In this document: one piece after another, positions 29,847-41,622 of the stretch
How positions within the stretch are numbered: the stretch's first letter is position 1
How the letters are laid out: every line of letters starts with the position of its first letter
Notes under the pieces: generated by a model
Told to the model about the DNA's origin: nothing
Databases searched by the model: none
What the model saw: the letters and a program-made list of their open reading frames with translations, nothing else
Source: Amoebidium appalachense
Lineage: Eukaryota > Protista > Ichthyosporea
Assembly: GCA_963693365.1 (NCBI GenBank)
Contig: CAVNZM010000017.1
Span: forward strand, 3,639,375-3,703,374
DNA length: 64,000 nt
Direction: 5' to 3'
Position numbers and translations under genes: made by a program

Positions 29847-29970
29847 GGGGGGAGGGGGGAGGGGCACGCACGGTGGCCAGTACGTGTGTTCCGGAGTGGT
29901 CTGCAGCCGGCAGGGGGCAGGCCACGGGCAGGCGCAGTTCAAAGCGCACGCACTCCACACAGTCCGGCAT
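17598..29970 (-). CDS. WDR81: WDR81-like BEACH + WD40 protein, multi-exon
   Basis: Kinase-like N-terminus ([26 protein letters not shown]). BEACH motifs [71 protein letters not shown]40 repeats ([18 protein letters not shown]). C-terminus [13 protein letters not shown]. The start at 29970 is tentative. Confidence 0.9.
18275..18510. repeat. Intronic minisatellite, 33-34-bp unit, ~7 copies
   Basis: Unit CCACCTCTAGTAACATGGGCCCACCAGCTATAAA. Confidence 0.92.
21518..22818. repeat. Intronic minisatellite, 34-bp unit, ~38 copies
   Basis: Unit GTGTTTGTGTGCATGCTG(G/A)T(G/A)TTTATCTGCTTG(T/C), head-to-tail with no spacers. Confidence 0.97.
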
Positions 29971-30298
29971 GGTTGGCTGTAGCCCACGGCCACTACATAG
30001 TGCACTGAACTTAGGGGCCGCAGCTGCTAGCCAGGGTCGGCAGCAAGCACGACCGAGTCGCCAAGCACAGGTTAAATTGCTTAGGATTCAGTTTGTGGGC
30101 ATGGCTTTGCGTGTTATGCACGTGTCATTGCAGTTCATGCTAAGCTGAACGTAAATAATTATGCAGTAAATTCTGAACATTGAAGAGCTCCGGTCCGGAT
30201 CCCAAGCCGAGCTACGATGCAAGTGTTATGCTGTTCCATTCTAAGGCTCTTGTGTCTTCCTTTCAAGCCCTGGTCCCAGGTCCGAAGCTGATTGGGTC

Positions 30299-31725
30299 AT
30301 GGCGCATGCGATACTGTGCACACCAATCATATCGATGATGGCGCAAACAATCATCACAGAACCTTGCGTAAGGTTGCTCGAGCAAACGGTGGCATGTGCT
30401 GCGCATGCTCAGGTGCTGCCAGGTTCCTGGCAGGCCTGGTGCCCCCCAGCCGCCAGTAGAAATAAACTACTTTGGCATCTATTGTTCAGGGCCGAAAGAG
30501 GCACGCGGCCTGTCGCTGTTGACTCCGGCGCCAGTAGAAGTAAAAGCTACCAAGTGAGGTGGCACTGCGTGCAGGTGGCAGTGGCCAAGAGCCAAGTGTG
30601 CGGCACACATGTTGAGGCTGAACGCGCACGGACTGTTGTAGGCCTGATGCTCACCAGACAATAGGCGGAAGTCAATAGCAACCTGACCGCTGCCACAACC
30701 AGCGCACGTGTGTTTGCCAGGGCAGGCAGATAGGGATCCGGATATGCCGGAGAGCACGGCCGGGAAGGGTGGGAGTGATGCTAGACCACATGGGTGGGGA
30801 CACAGCACAGGGCCAAGTTGAACCTACCAGACTGACTGAAGCATTTGGCGTGTACTGTGCAGTTGTTTGGCTCTGCCCTAGCTGTGGCCATAAAGAGTGC
30901 CCAGGGGAGCATATCTAGTATGATCAAAGAGACAACTTCGAATTCCTTACTGGTGTTGCGCCCAAAAGATCTGCAACAGGCTACACACAGCCATAAGGTG
31001 GCACAAAGATTGGTGGATTGGTGGGTGGGCAGGTGGCGGTGAGGGTGAGCGCCACGAACTGGGAGGGGAGGGGGGGGGGGGAAAGGGGGATAGTGTAATT
31101 TTCGTTTTCTGCCATGTTATTTGGCCTTGCAAGGCTGTTTCATCGTGTAACTGGGCGCTGGTGTTAGACCTGAGGCCCTGAGTAGCAGACTGGTTCAGAG
31201 CAAAGAAAACAGAACAGGAGAAGCTTCCGAGGCAAGGAGGAGACAGGGTAGGAGAGCCCAGAGCATGAAGCGGGTCCTGGTGACACTGCTGGCTGGGTCT
31301 GGGCGGTGACAGACAGGTGATGGAGGCATGGACACTGGGGCCTTCTGGTCTTGCACAAACGGCAATAGTGTGGCCGACTTGGCCAAGCATACGTTTGAGG
31401 TTCAGAACAGATTCATGGAGTCATGTCTGCTACTGTCCTTACCCCACTCATAGGTGCTATGCTCTGTCTGTGCTTCGGTCGGCGGTTGACGCCTGCAATT
31501 GCGCTTGTATCGCCTTTTATTAATTATTCAAAAGATTACGGGAGCGTAATGATGGCAAAGCGCTATAGGTACAATCAGTATGCAGTCAAGATGGCAGTGA
31601 GGTGGCCAAGCAGTTCCAAAGATTTGACGACGGTCTCAGGCAGTGGTCTCAGGCACCGCTCAACCTTGCCATGTGCAAGGTTCAAGACGGCCAAGCGTGG
31701 TGCAGTTTCAACCCAAGACACGTAG
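30299..31725 (+). other. Possible gene or pseudogene of unknown function, divergent from WDR81
   Basis: Several non-repetitive, coding-like segments (LFGSALAVAIKSAQGSISSMIKETTS; DTGAFWSCTNGNSVADLAKH; KQFQRFDDGLRQW). No recognisable domain and no clean splice model. Confidence 0.25.
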
Positions 31726-32232
31726 TGCATTTTCAAGCATGCATGTTCATGCGCACGCGTCTAATTCCACAGCAATGCAGGGGCAGCTTCACAAGTGCAT
31801 ATGTAGTTGCTTTTGTTTTTTGGTGGTCCGGTGCAAGGTAACCATCTCTCTCCTCTCTCACTCGCCATCGCTGTCGCTGTCGCCGGCGTCACCACCTGGA
31901 GCTTTATTGGGTTTGCATGCCACTAGGTAAATTCAACCAATGACAGAATGGCATGCACCATTGCGCATTCCTAGGTTTTGGGGGCTCAATAATGAGTGTG
32001 TGAATTGCTGTTTTTAACTGTAAAATCAAATGTAATTACGTTGTTCCTGACCTACACCCCCGCACGGGAGATTTTCAAGCTGTATCACTATGTGACAAGG
32101 TCCGACCACGTGCGTGTAGAGCTAGGTAAATCTATCCCAAAAAATGCCTATCTATCCTTACGCACTATCCAGATCTATCCCAACTTCGACCTGATTATCA
32201 AAGATCATATCCCAGATAATCTTAGACTCTGT

Positions 32233-32359
32233 AATTTTCACACAGTGTCCAGGTATCTCAGTATGCACTTGTTACTGGATAACTCGTGAAGTTTTTATTG
32301 TCTTCTCAGTATGCCGTGCATACTTGCATATCTTTCGGTCGAATAAATCCAGTCAAAAG
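32233..32359 (+). mobile_element. 3'-terminal fragment of the LINE
   Basis: Encodes FHTVSRYLSMHLLLDNS* plus the 3' UTR and the tail AATAAATCCAGTCAAAAG. Confidence 0.9.
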
Positions 32360-32374
32360 AAAAACCTGACAATC

Positions 32375-33990
32375 ACTTTTACTTCGATCTCTTAGCTGTC
32401 TTAACTTAGATCTTCACCATGGCAGGTATATAAAGGCTTTCGTTTTTTCTTTTTGTGAACTTCACTTTTACTTCGATCTCTTAGCTGTCACGTCAACTTT
32501 TTTTCCCAATTCTTCACCATGGCAGGTATATAGAGGCTTTTGTTTTTTCTTTTTGTGGTGGGAAGGGGTCCCACTCAGGGGAACGTGACACAATGTGTGT
32601 GTAGTGCGGCCTTGTCTATTCCTACTGTTGTGAGAGTGTGGGGACACTGGCATCTCCCTTCCGCGGAGTTTCTTGCTTGAGGAGTGGTTTCTTCGACATC
32701 TGGTGGCCCACTGCAACTTACGGTGACTTCTACGCTATCTACGCTTCTACGCGCGTTATTGGCGGTGGGCTGCTGCAACCGTGACTTCTTCAACTGCTTC
32801 TGCGCTGCGTGAGTGGAGGGGTAGCTACTAGGTCGTCGAGGAGCTTTCCTTGTGGCTGCCGTGTTTTCAGCCTCCAGCAGTATGGCAATGACTGGGTTTG
32901 CTTGCATGCATTCTGTAGTTGTGTTTTCCTGTGTGTCCTGCCACAACTAGACCACCTTATCAAAGAGTTAGAGACAGCTTCTGCGGGTTTTCTAGGGGAC
33001 GGGCCCGTGGGGATTAGGGGGGGCGGGTTGGTGCAATGGTAAGATCTCTGCGTGTCAAGCTAAAGTCGCAGGATCGATCCTGGTTACTTCCGATTTTTCT
33101 GCCTCGACGGTCCACCGGTCTGGCCGCCCCCTAGAAGCCATCACCCCAGACCACGCGTGTCAAGCAGCACCACCAATTTGTTATCATCCGGCCGCAAGAC
33201 ATGACGTCATGAACAGCACCGGCCCTCAGACGTCGACGGCGCGCCGCTTGGGCATCCCAGCCCAACGTTCAAGTGGGAGACCAATCCGAGTCACCGGCCA
33301 CGGTTCGGGTCAGCGTCCTGGGCATGGGGTCTTCCCCTTTCAAGTCTTTATGTTTGTGTATGTGTCCCGGGTCGCTCCCGGCTGGTGTTGTTAAAGTGAG
33401 CTGTGCTCACTTCCCCACTAGCGTTGCTGCGGCTAGAACCGTGGGATAAGGCGTAACTAAAAATAGTGCCAGTTGGGGTCAATTAGAATCCTGACTTATG
33501 AGTGTGCTATACAGTACGATCTGTGTCTAGGCGGAAGACGGTAAGCTCCCCTGAGGCAGTGCCTCGCCGGGAGTGAAACGGGATAAAATAAAAAAAATAA
33601 AAAAAGGCCCGTGGGGATTGTTTTCTCGCTCGGATTTGGTCTGCATTGCTCTTTAAAGGGCTGACTTGCTTGCTGTGCCCCGGTAGGTTTTGAGGGGGGC
33701 CTGTTGGGGGGCAGCAGTAATGATGTCTTCAATCTTGCGGAGTGTGGCCTGGTCATCATCGCTGCATATGACTAGTTGGAGCAAACTAGTTTCACGCATA
33801 CACATGCACTTGTACCTGTCAGTACCTTTGCCCGCTGGTGTCCTTTGGTCACTTGTTGTTTTATTTTTTATTTCATCGCTGTGGCTCTTTCGAGGTCGGT
33901 TATTTTGGTGGTCATGTAAGGGCCTGTGGCTGCACTGTGACGTTGCCTTCATATCCACTGGACCACTGATCAATAAATCCCAGTCAAGAT
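32375..33990 (+). mobile_element. Element B, near full length, interrupted by a SINE
   Basis: 15-bp TSD AAAAACCTGACAATC at 32360-32374 and 33991-34005. Duplicated 5' monomer. Tail AATAAATCCCAGTCAA. Confidence 0.88.
33016..33605 (+). mobile_element. tRNA-derived SINE (~590 bp)
   Basis: Head with A-box TGGTGCAATGG, an anticodon-like loop GTGTCAA (GTC, Asp) and T-arm CAGG-ATCGAT-CCTG. A-rich tail. 14-bp TSD GGCCCGTGGGGATT at 33002-33015 and 33606-33619. The corresponding empty site is present in the other element B copies. Confidence 0.88.
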
Positions 33991-34554
33991 AAAAACCTGA
34001 CAATCCTGACGATCTATCCCTAGCCCCCCTATCTATCCGCAGATATATCACTTTTCTCCCAGGGTGGCCTGATTGTCTCAGTCAAAAACCCCGCTAATAT
34101 ACATGTACTATAAATGTAAAATTTGTTTTCAAACCGCACGGTAATAGTTCATTATATATAATATATGTAGTTGCAGGAGCGCCTGGGTATTTGGGTCTCT
34201 TTGCCAATTGCTGCTTGATTGGGTGTAGGGCCAAATTTTCGCAAATTCATGATCATCAATCGTCACCCCGGGCATTTACATAAGCGTAATACAGTAATAT
34301 AGCCTACGTGCTAATAATATATCAATCAGAACTTTTTATTTATATTGATGAATGGTTGTAATCTTTCAATATTCTGTTACATAAAAGGGCTAAGAACCGA
34401 GACCCCCGGCAAGCCAATGTTACGAAAGTATTATAGCTTCTTTACCTTTGAAATATTGGTGTATTCTTGTAAAGAATCCCCTCTTCCCTAGAGACTCATG
34501 TCTGGATGTTGATTGGTTTTCATCAATTTGGGGCCATCCGACTGCCAAATATGC

Positions 34555-34785
34555 ATTTAGATATGTTGTTGCTTTCGATTTGCTCATTGGCTCGGCTCAG
34601 CCAAGTACCCCTGGGCACGATCATCAGAAACGTACACATATACCATGGCATCAGCATGCACTGCCTCTCTACGAACATAATCCAAATAAACACACCGCAC
34701 GAAGAAAACCCCTCTACCCTATCCTCCCCCTCCACTACCCACAATGCGTGGGCGTGTGTGTGTGTACGTGTGTGTGTGTGTGTTT

Positions 34786-34823
<38 letters not shown>

Positions 34824-37378
34824 GCGTGTGTGGGTGGGTGTGTGTGTGTGTGTGCGTGTGTGTGTGTATGTGTGTGTGTACATGTATGTGTGCATGTGTG
34901 GGTGTGTGTCTGTGTGTGTGTGTGTGCCGTAGCCAATCAGCAAGAGACTAGCTAAAGACGGGGAAATGCAACACAGCTCGGGCGGGTGGGTGGGGCTAAG
35001 TAGGGGCCGACGGGGAAACAAAGCTAAGACGAGTAGAACGAGTCGCCGCCTATATACCATAGTCAGCTCCCTAGTGTCCACTGATTGTTGGAACCCTATT
35101 CCAACCAATCAGTTGGCCTAAATACATCTCTAAATAGAGCTTGATGAATCAAGCGAAGTATTTAGATATGTTGTTGCTATCTGCGACCACATTCTTATTT
35201 TATAGAAATAATACACAAAGCTGGATGGCAGGAGCGGCGCGGCGAGTGATTTTCATCCAATCATGAAGGGGGGCGGGTGCTGCCGTCCAATAGGAAGGCA
35301 CGCATTCGCCAAGACCGGACACCGACCGGAAACACCACTTCTTTGGGGGCTAGGTCCGTGTGGGCCTGTGCCATCCCTTGCACCACCGGCCACCATAAGG
35401 CGGTGTCCCACACCGGGACCACTAATATTCCCTGCGCACATTCCCGCTGAATCTTCGCCACTGTCCGCTTGATCAACGGAAACGGTGGTGCCCACCAGCT
35501 GGGGGCCTGCCATGCGGCGGCAAGCCCATCCTGCCCACCGCTCACGGGGACCACCGCGGTCCATGTGTGAAACGTGGGTTTGACTGCTGTCACGGGTGTA
35601 GCAAACCGATCCACCGCCGTGTGCAATCCGAGTGTCTGCTCGATACGCTGGACCCCCGCAGGGGTAACCGACCACTCGTGGCGGGGATCAATCCGCGACA
35701 ACCAATCCGCACGGTCGTTCACTTCACCCGGAATGTATGACAGCTCTTGGGGCCAGGGGAGCCCCTTTTCCAAAAACAACTGCAGCAGTTGCCATAGCAC
35801 TCGCTGCATGGCAGGGCTGCTGCTGCCCTTTTTGCGCACCGCGCCCAACGCGGCCTGGGCGTCTGACTGCCAGCGTACGCGCTGACGTTGGATTAGGGCC
35901 TGCATTTCGGGCCTGCGGTAGGCCTCGAGTAGGCCCTCGCACTCCGCCACTGCAGCCGCCCGCGGTGCATCGCTCTCCGCCCAACGACCGAAAGCCTCCA
36001 CAACCGTCTGCGGGGTTGGTAGGCCCAACTGTAGTACTGCCCCCCACCCGTGTGAGGTGGCAGCATCTGTGATGAGAGTGGCCGTGATAGGCTCAGGCCA
36101 GATTTCCGTGCGGGGAAGCCGACCTATTGTACCCATGGTTTTACCGATAATGCGTACTAGCTGCCGACCCCTTAACCGCACAAAGCTACGCCAGTTCCCG
36201 CCGCGTAGAGCACCATACACCGGCCGGACAACCGTGTCACTGAGTACATGAGGCACCGCCGCACGCAAACTAACAACCAACCCTAGCCATCTAGCCACCT
36301 GCTTCTTTTCCACCCACCGCCGTCCTTTGCGCGCCTTAGCCATTAAAGAACGTGTTTCCCCCGATAATTTTTCCAAAGGCGCCAATGTGGGAGACAAATA
36401 CCCTTCCTCCAAATTTATGTGGATGCCTAAATGGTCGAATTTGGAAATACTTGCGGAACCGGGGTTGAATGGCTAGTGCAAAATATCCGTCTTCGAGGTC
36501 GAAACTGAAAGCGTGGTCACCCGGCTGCGCGAGCGCCCGCAAATCGCTGAGGGTTTTGTACTTGATACCACGTGCGACGGCGTATTCATTCACAGGACGC
36601 ATATCAATAATGAGCCGGACGTTTCCGTTGGGCTTCCGCAGCCCAAAAGACTTCGAAACACACCATTTTGCGCTTTCAGGCACTCTCTCGAGGGCCCCCT
36701 TACTCACTAACCGTTCAACTTCCACTGCCGCTTCTGCCTCTGAAACTTCGCCGATATCCAGATAGCCACCTGCATCAAAAGGGGCAGGACGCGCACTCTT
36801 CCATTCTGGTGTGATGCCGTACTTAATCCAGAACAAAACTTCTTTAGACGCACCCCCACTCTCCCACTCCGAGTATCTACACAGGCACGAGCTCGCTGAT
36901 ACAATGGCAGTTGGGATGCATCACTTGCATCTCCCATCCTGCCTTCGAAGAAATTGAGACACTACACCTGTCTGCAGCACTACGCACGCTCGCAAACAGT
37001 TTATCTACAACACTACGCGCGCTCGTAGAACCTAACTAGAAAGGGCCGCAGCCCAGTTGCCCTCAGACCGTGGGTGCAGCTCACCCCTACGCAAATAGCT
37101 ATCTATTTAGATTTACCCACCACTGCTAATTACGCTCCACAACTGCTACCCGGGCGCCACGCCGCCCTACCGAGCTAAGCCGAGCCTCCTGCCGTCTGTC
37201 GGCCCTCTACAGCTAAGTAGGGGCCGACGGGGAAACAAAGCTAAGACGAGTAGAACGAGTCGCCGCCTATATACCATAGTCGGCTCCCTAGTGACCACTG
37301 ATTGTTGGAACCCTATTCCAACCAATCAGTTGGCCTAACTACATCTCTAAATAGAGCTTGATGAATCAAGCGAAGTAT
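34555..37378 (-). mobile_element. DIRS-group (PAT-like) retrotransposon, internally deleted, with split direct repeats
   Basis: 167-bp direct repeats at 34995-35161 and 37212-37378. Short B repeat ATTTAGATATGTTGTTGCT at 34555-34573 and 35160-35178. RT-RNase H-MT coding sequence lies between the repeats. No TSD. Confidence 0.88.
35261..36850 (-). pseudogene. DIRS pol: RT (internal deletion) + RNase H + Dam-like N6-adenine methyltransferase
   Basis: RT: KPNGNVRLIIDMRPVN, FDLEDGYF. The sequence jumps from YFQI to HLGIHIN, so no YxDD. RNase H: ITDAATSHGWG, WQSDA, YIPGEVNDRADWLSR. MT: VDRFA..WWAPPFPLI..VVPVW. Confidence 0.9.
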
Positions 37379-37774
37379 ACTACAGGGTACCTCATAGATT
37401 CGGGATATACAGATCTATCCCGACCTCTGAATTGGATTATCTCCACTCCAATTTGATAGATCGCCGATCTCGGTGCCCCCTAAATATCACGTTGAGCTAT
37501 CTATCCCTAAACCACCTGAATATCTGGATATATCTCATATCCCGAGGCCACCAATCTATCCCCATTTTCCCCGGGATTTATTTACATGCCCCCGCTAACT
37601 GCGTGTGCCAACAGCACAATTTGTCGCGCACACAAATTAGCAAACAAGAAATTGGGGTTTGGTAAAAAGGTCGGTAGGCAGCATACAGGCTAGAGAGTAG
37701 TGGATTAACAAAACAAGTGCACTCGGCACTCTGTCACCAAGCACACATCCACACACAACACCACACCAGAAACC

Positions 37775-38594
37775 ATGTTAGCACGCAGTACTCTGTTGGC
37801 CACGCTCGGCTTGCTGGCCGGGCAGGCAACCGCACAGGGCCCATTGTGCAACGATACGCTGATGATCGGTGTCAGGGGGCTGCTGGAGTCGGGCGGGTTT
37901 GGTGACTTGCAGCGGCTCAAGCTGGTTGCCGGCAAGACGGCCGGGCCGGGCACCAACCTGCAGCTGACGGTGGACATGGCCCTGCTGACGTTTGTGGCCC
38001 GCCTGCAGGACCCCCAAAACGCCCTCAACCGTACAAGCTTTGACACGGATGCCAACTGCACCCCCGCAGACAAAACTGGCGCCTGTGTGGAGTTCTCACT
38101 TGCAGAGGCCGAGCGCAGCTTTGTGAGCGTGCGCGACATAGGCCCCAACAGCGAGCTGGCCCAGGTGCCGCTGGCAGCAGACCCCAGCAAGCTGGTGGTC
38201 AGCACACGGCTAGGCACCAGCAACGAGCAGGAGAACAGCGCTAAGGCCCACGACACCGTGCTAGCAAAGTGCACGGAATGGGCAAAACCCGCGGGCATGT
38301 ACCCGGAGTGGGCCACGGCACCCGAGGAGCTTGTGGAGCTGGTGGCCTGTGTGGACCCTGTGGGGGCCGGCACACCGGGGCTGGTGTGGGTCGACCTGAC
38401 GGACAATGCAGCAAGCCTGGACATGCACGCCAGCCTCAACAAGGCGGTCCAGCACACAAAGGACCTGTGTGCCTCCAGGCAAGTAGAACATGTCTCACAC
38501 AGGCACGCACACACGCAGGCACGTTACTCGCGCGCGCGCGTACACACATAAGAATGTAGATATTCCGCTTTCTGAAATAAACGTGAATTGGATT

Positions 38595-38642
<48 letters not shown>

Positions 38643-40261
38643 GGCAAGGGTGTGGGCAAGGAGCAACGTTAAGGCGTCAACAAACAAATTGTGTGATTAA
38701 CAAATGGGTGAAGTCTTAATCATCTTAGTGCAAGGGTGTGGGCAAGGAGCAAAGTTAAGGCGTCAGTAAACAACTTGTGTGATAAACAAATGGGTGAAGT
38801 CTTAATCACAGCAGCAGGACATCCAAAAAAAGTTGCCTTTTAAAAAGCCAGGGTTTATTAGAAGGCGCGCACACCAGATTGTAAACGACACTAGCATTGA
38901 AAACTAGAGAGAACTTACTGTTTTTCGTTTTCTTTCCAGACGGGCAAGGGGCAGTGCTATGACGTTGACAAGCAAAATGTGCGATGCAACCGTCAGATTA
39001 TGGGTTTAGTCTTTATCCTTTTAGCTTCATCAAAAAGTTATCATTTGATCTACATCCACAAAAGGGCGAAAAATCTTAAAAGACAGGGATGCTAGAATAA
39101 CGGCCCAGAGGTTTCCCTTCTGACGGGCATGTGCAGTGAGATGTGCAAGGGCAGCGGGGCCAGCAGTCTGCAGGTGACGGTGCCTGCCGTGGCGCTGGAG
39201 CTGCCTGCTGCCCCGGTGGTTGGGGCTGCCACCCACAAGTGTGGCTGGGACAAGTTGGCTGCTGCTTGGCCGGCACCGCTGACCGCCCAAGCCGTGTGTG
39301 ACAAGCTGGCAGCAGGCCTGCAGACATACATCACACGCAGGTACACAGAGGGCTTTACAGCAACCAAGGACAAGGTGGGTGCGCGAGGAGGGTTGGGGGG
39401 GGGAGGCACAGTGTGTGTGGATGCTAACAGGGTGGGCACAGCTGAGCAAGGACATGAGCGACATGTTGGCCCACCTGCTGTTTTCGTCCGGCGGGGCATC
39501 GGCAGTGAGTGCCGGGCCAGGCGTGTACAAGACAGGCGGGCTGGTGGTGAAGAACACCGTGGCTGTGGCTGATGCAGCTGAGAACTGTGAGGTGTGTGCA
39601 TGTGCAGGCACACAGGGGTAGCACCATTACCTGGTCATGCTGGGAAACACTAGTGAAGCACATGGAGCATATGTGCTGCACCATACGATAGTCCACGTAG
39701 ATTTACTTGTCTGGCAAAGCACCTTGATCATCTCTGTATCTGTGCCCCTCTGCTATGTGCTTGCACGCCCTGGTCTGTCATGTATCTCGTGTAACACACT
39801 ATGGCCTGCAGGGTGTGCCGCATGATGGTGGTCTGCGTCTGGAGGTGGAGACCAACCGCTGCCCCGTGCCCCTGCGCCCAAGAGTCAAGGCCATCGACCC
39901 TGCTGCGCCTTATGTAAGCCTGGCCGTGGGTGCCACCAAGACCTTTGCGGTGAGTGCCCGACTGATGGGGGGGGGGGGGGGGGGGAGTGCAGTGCTGGGT
40001 GCTGACGGGAATTTGTGTGTGGGGATGCAGGTGGCTGCATATGACGCCGACAGCAACCTGGCAGGGGGCATGTTCAAGGTGCACAGGGGCCAGCAGAACG
40101 GAGAGTCTGCAAAGATCGAGAATGTGGCGGCCACCGGGGAGTGTGCCAAGATGAGCCTAAACCACACCTTCACGGAGGCTGGCACATTCTTTGTCGAGGC
40201 CCAGGCCAAAGACAGTGATGGCCGCATGGGCTCCTATATTTGGAAGGTCACCGTGGCATGA
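37775..40261 (+). CDS. Secreted Cys-containing protein with a C-terminal PKD/Ig-like domain, multi-exon
   Basis: Signal peptide MLARSTLLATLGLLAGQATA. Exons join in frame, including across a GC-AG intron at 38479-39136. Ends LNHTFTEAGTFFVEAQAKDSDG..WKVTVA*. Confidence 0.78.
38640..38810. repeat. Two-copy ~86-bp intronic tandem duplication
   Basis: GCAAGGGTGTGGGCAAGGAGCAA..AACAAATGGGTGAAGTCTTAATCA occurs twice. Confidence 0.9.
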
Positions 40262-41467
40262 GCAGCCAATCAAAGCACAGCATTTCCGTATGGTCACCAA
40301 GACATCCCATTATCATTTCTAGCTCAGATTGCTCTATGTATAAATATCACTTAATAATGTCCCAGTATGAGCATGAAGATTTGGCAATAGCAAATACATG
40401 AGATAATTCCAAATAGGTTACACTTAAATTACGTCGAAAGCATATATTGCATTTTTACATATTAGAATAATGTCCCAACATTATATTGACAAGCAATAGT
40501 TGAGAAATGCATGCGCCATGCTGGGGCAGTTGTTTTGGTCGGAAAAAACTAGTTCAAATCCAACATAAACGTATGAACCACCGTCTAGCTCAGTTTTCTC
40601 TGTAAAGGCGGCGTGGATAGGAAGTTTTCCCTGTGAGCCTTGTCGTGATGCAACTATGGATGTACATACACTTTTGATTTGTATTTCACCCGTAAGAAGC
40701 ATGCGGAACCATTTGCCATGTATTGGCTTTGGGCCAGCACCCACTGACCGATGCCCACTGGGTGGCCATCCAGGTTGCTGGTGTGGTGTACCAATGCACC
40801 ACAAACGATATAATCGTAATGGTCCCCAATAGGCCCAGCAAGACAGTGCATGATCATCAGTACATACACATGGTCGTGCGTATACAGTATGATCAGGCCC
40901 CCTGCCCTCTCCTATCACACTGAAAATTCAAATAACAACATTGGACAATAAAAGCATCTGGGTTTACTGTTGTTTTGATACAGGTGTGGCACGTATACGT
41001 ACTGAGTACATCACCTGCCAGATCTAAGTGCAGCTCAGGTATTGCAGCCCACAATAGGGACCTGCTACCTCAACAGTATGCATGTCTATGTAGATGTGGG
41101 ATGGCCACACAACTCTCATTGTGTTTGTCCAGCTAAATACTATGGCTCTTTATTGATTTCAGAATAAACTTTTCGTTACTCCAAATTTTGCTCTAGGCAC
41201 TATTTCGGGTTGAAGCTACTGCAGGGGTGGATTATTTGCACACAGCAGGCAGACATGCGGGCCCAACCCAGCACCTGGCTCAACCGAGCTGCCACCACCG
41301 TGGCATCAGCTGTGACAGGGCCCAGCCCACACAGATGTTTGCTGAGCTGCCGTGTGCTTGCATGGTGCTGGGCTGTGCAGGCCTGCGTATTGGGGGACCA
41401 CCCCGGCACTGGGCCATGCTGTGGTACCATGGCCATGTGCCGGCACACTGGGTGCTGGGCCGGCAGG

Positions 41468-41576
41468 CTATGGCTTGGCCCACAGGTAGCGGCACACCGT
41501 GTCATGTAGTCGCAGCAGGTGGTGCATGCTGCCAATGGTGTGAGTACAGCCCGGCCGATCGGCGATGTGTGTGTGT

Positions 41577-41622
<46 letters not shown>

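Noticed and set aside
33020-33095. Functional tRNA-Asp gene
   Set aside because: The D, anticodon and acceptor stems pair poorly and the B-box is degenerate. It is the head of a TSD-flanked SINE.
33545-33582. Hammerhead ribozyme (CTGA...GAAAC) at the SINE 3' end
   Set aside because: The core reads CTGAGGC rather than CTGANGA, and stem II does not close onto GAAA.
40720-41510. Small plus-strand gene overlapping the CARM1 3' end
   Set aside because: There are GC-rich coding-like patches but no consistent frame, start or homology, so it cannot be supported.
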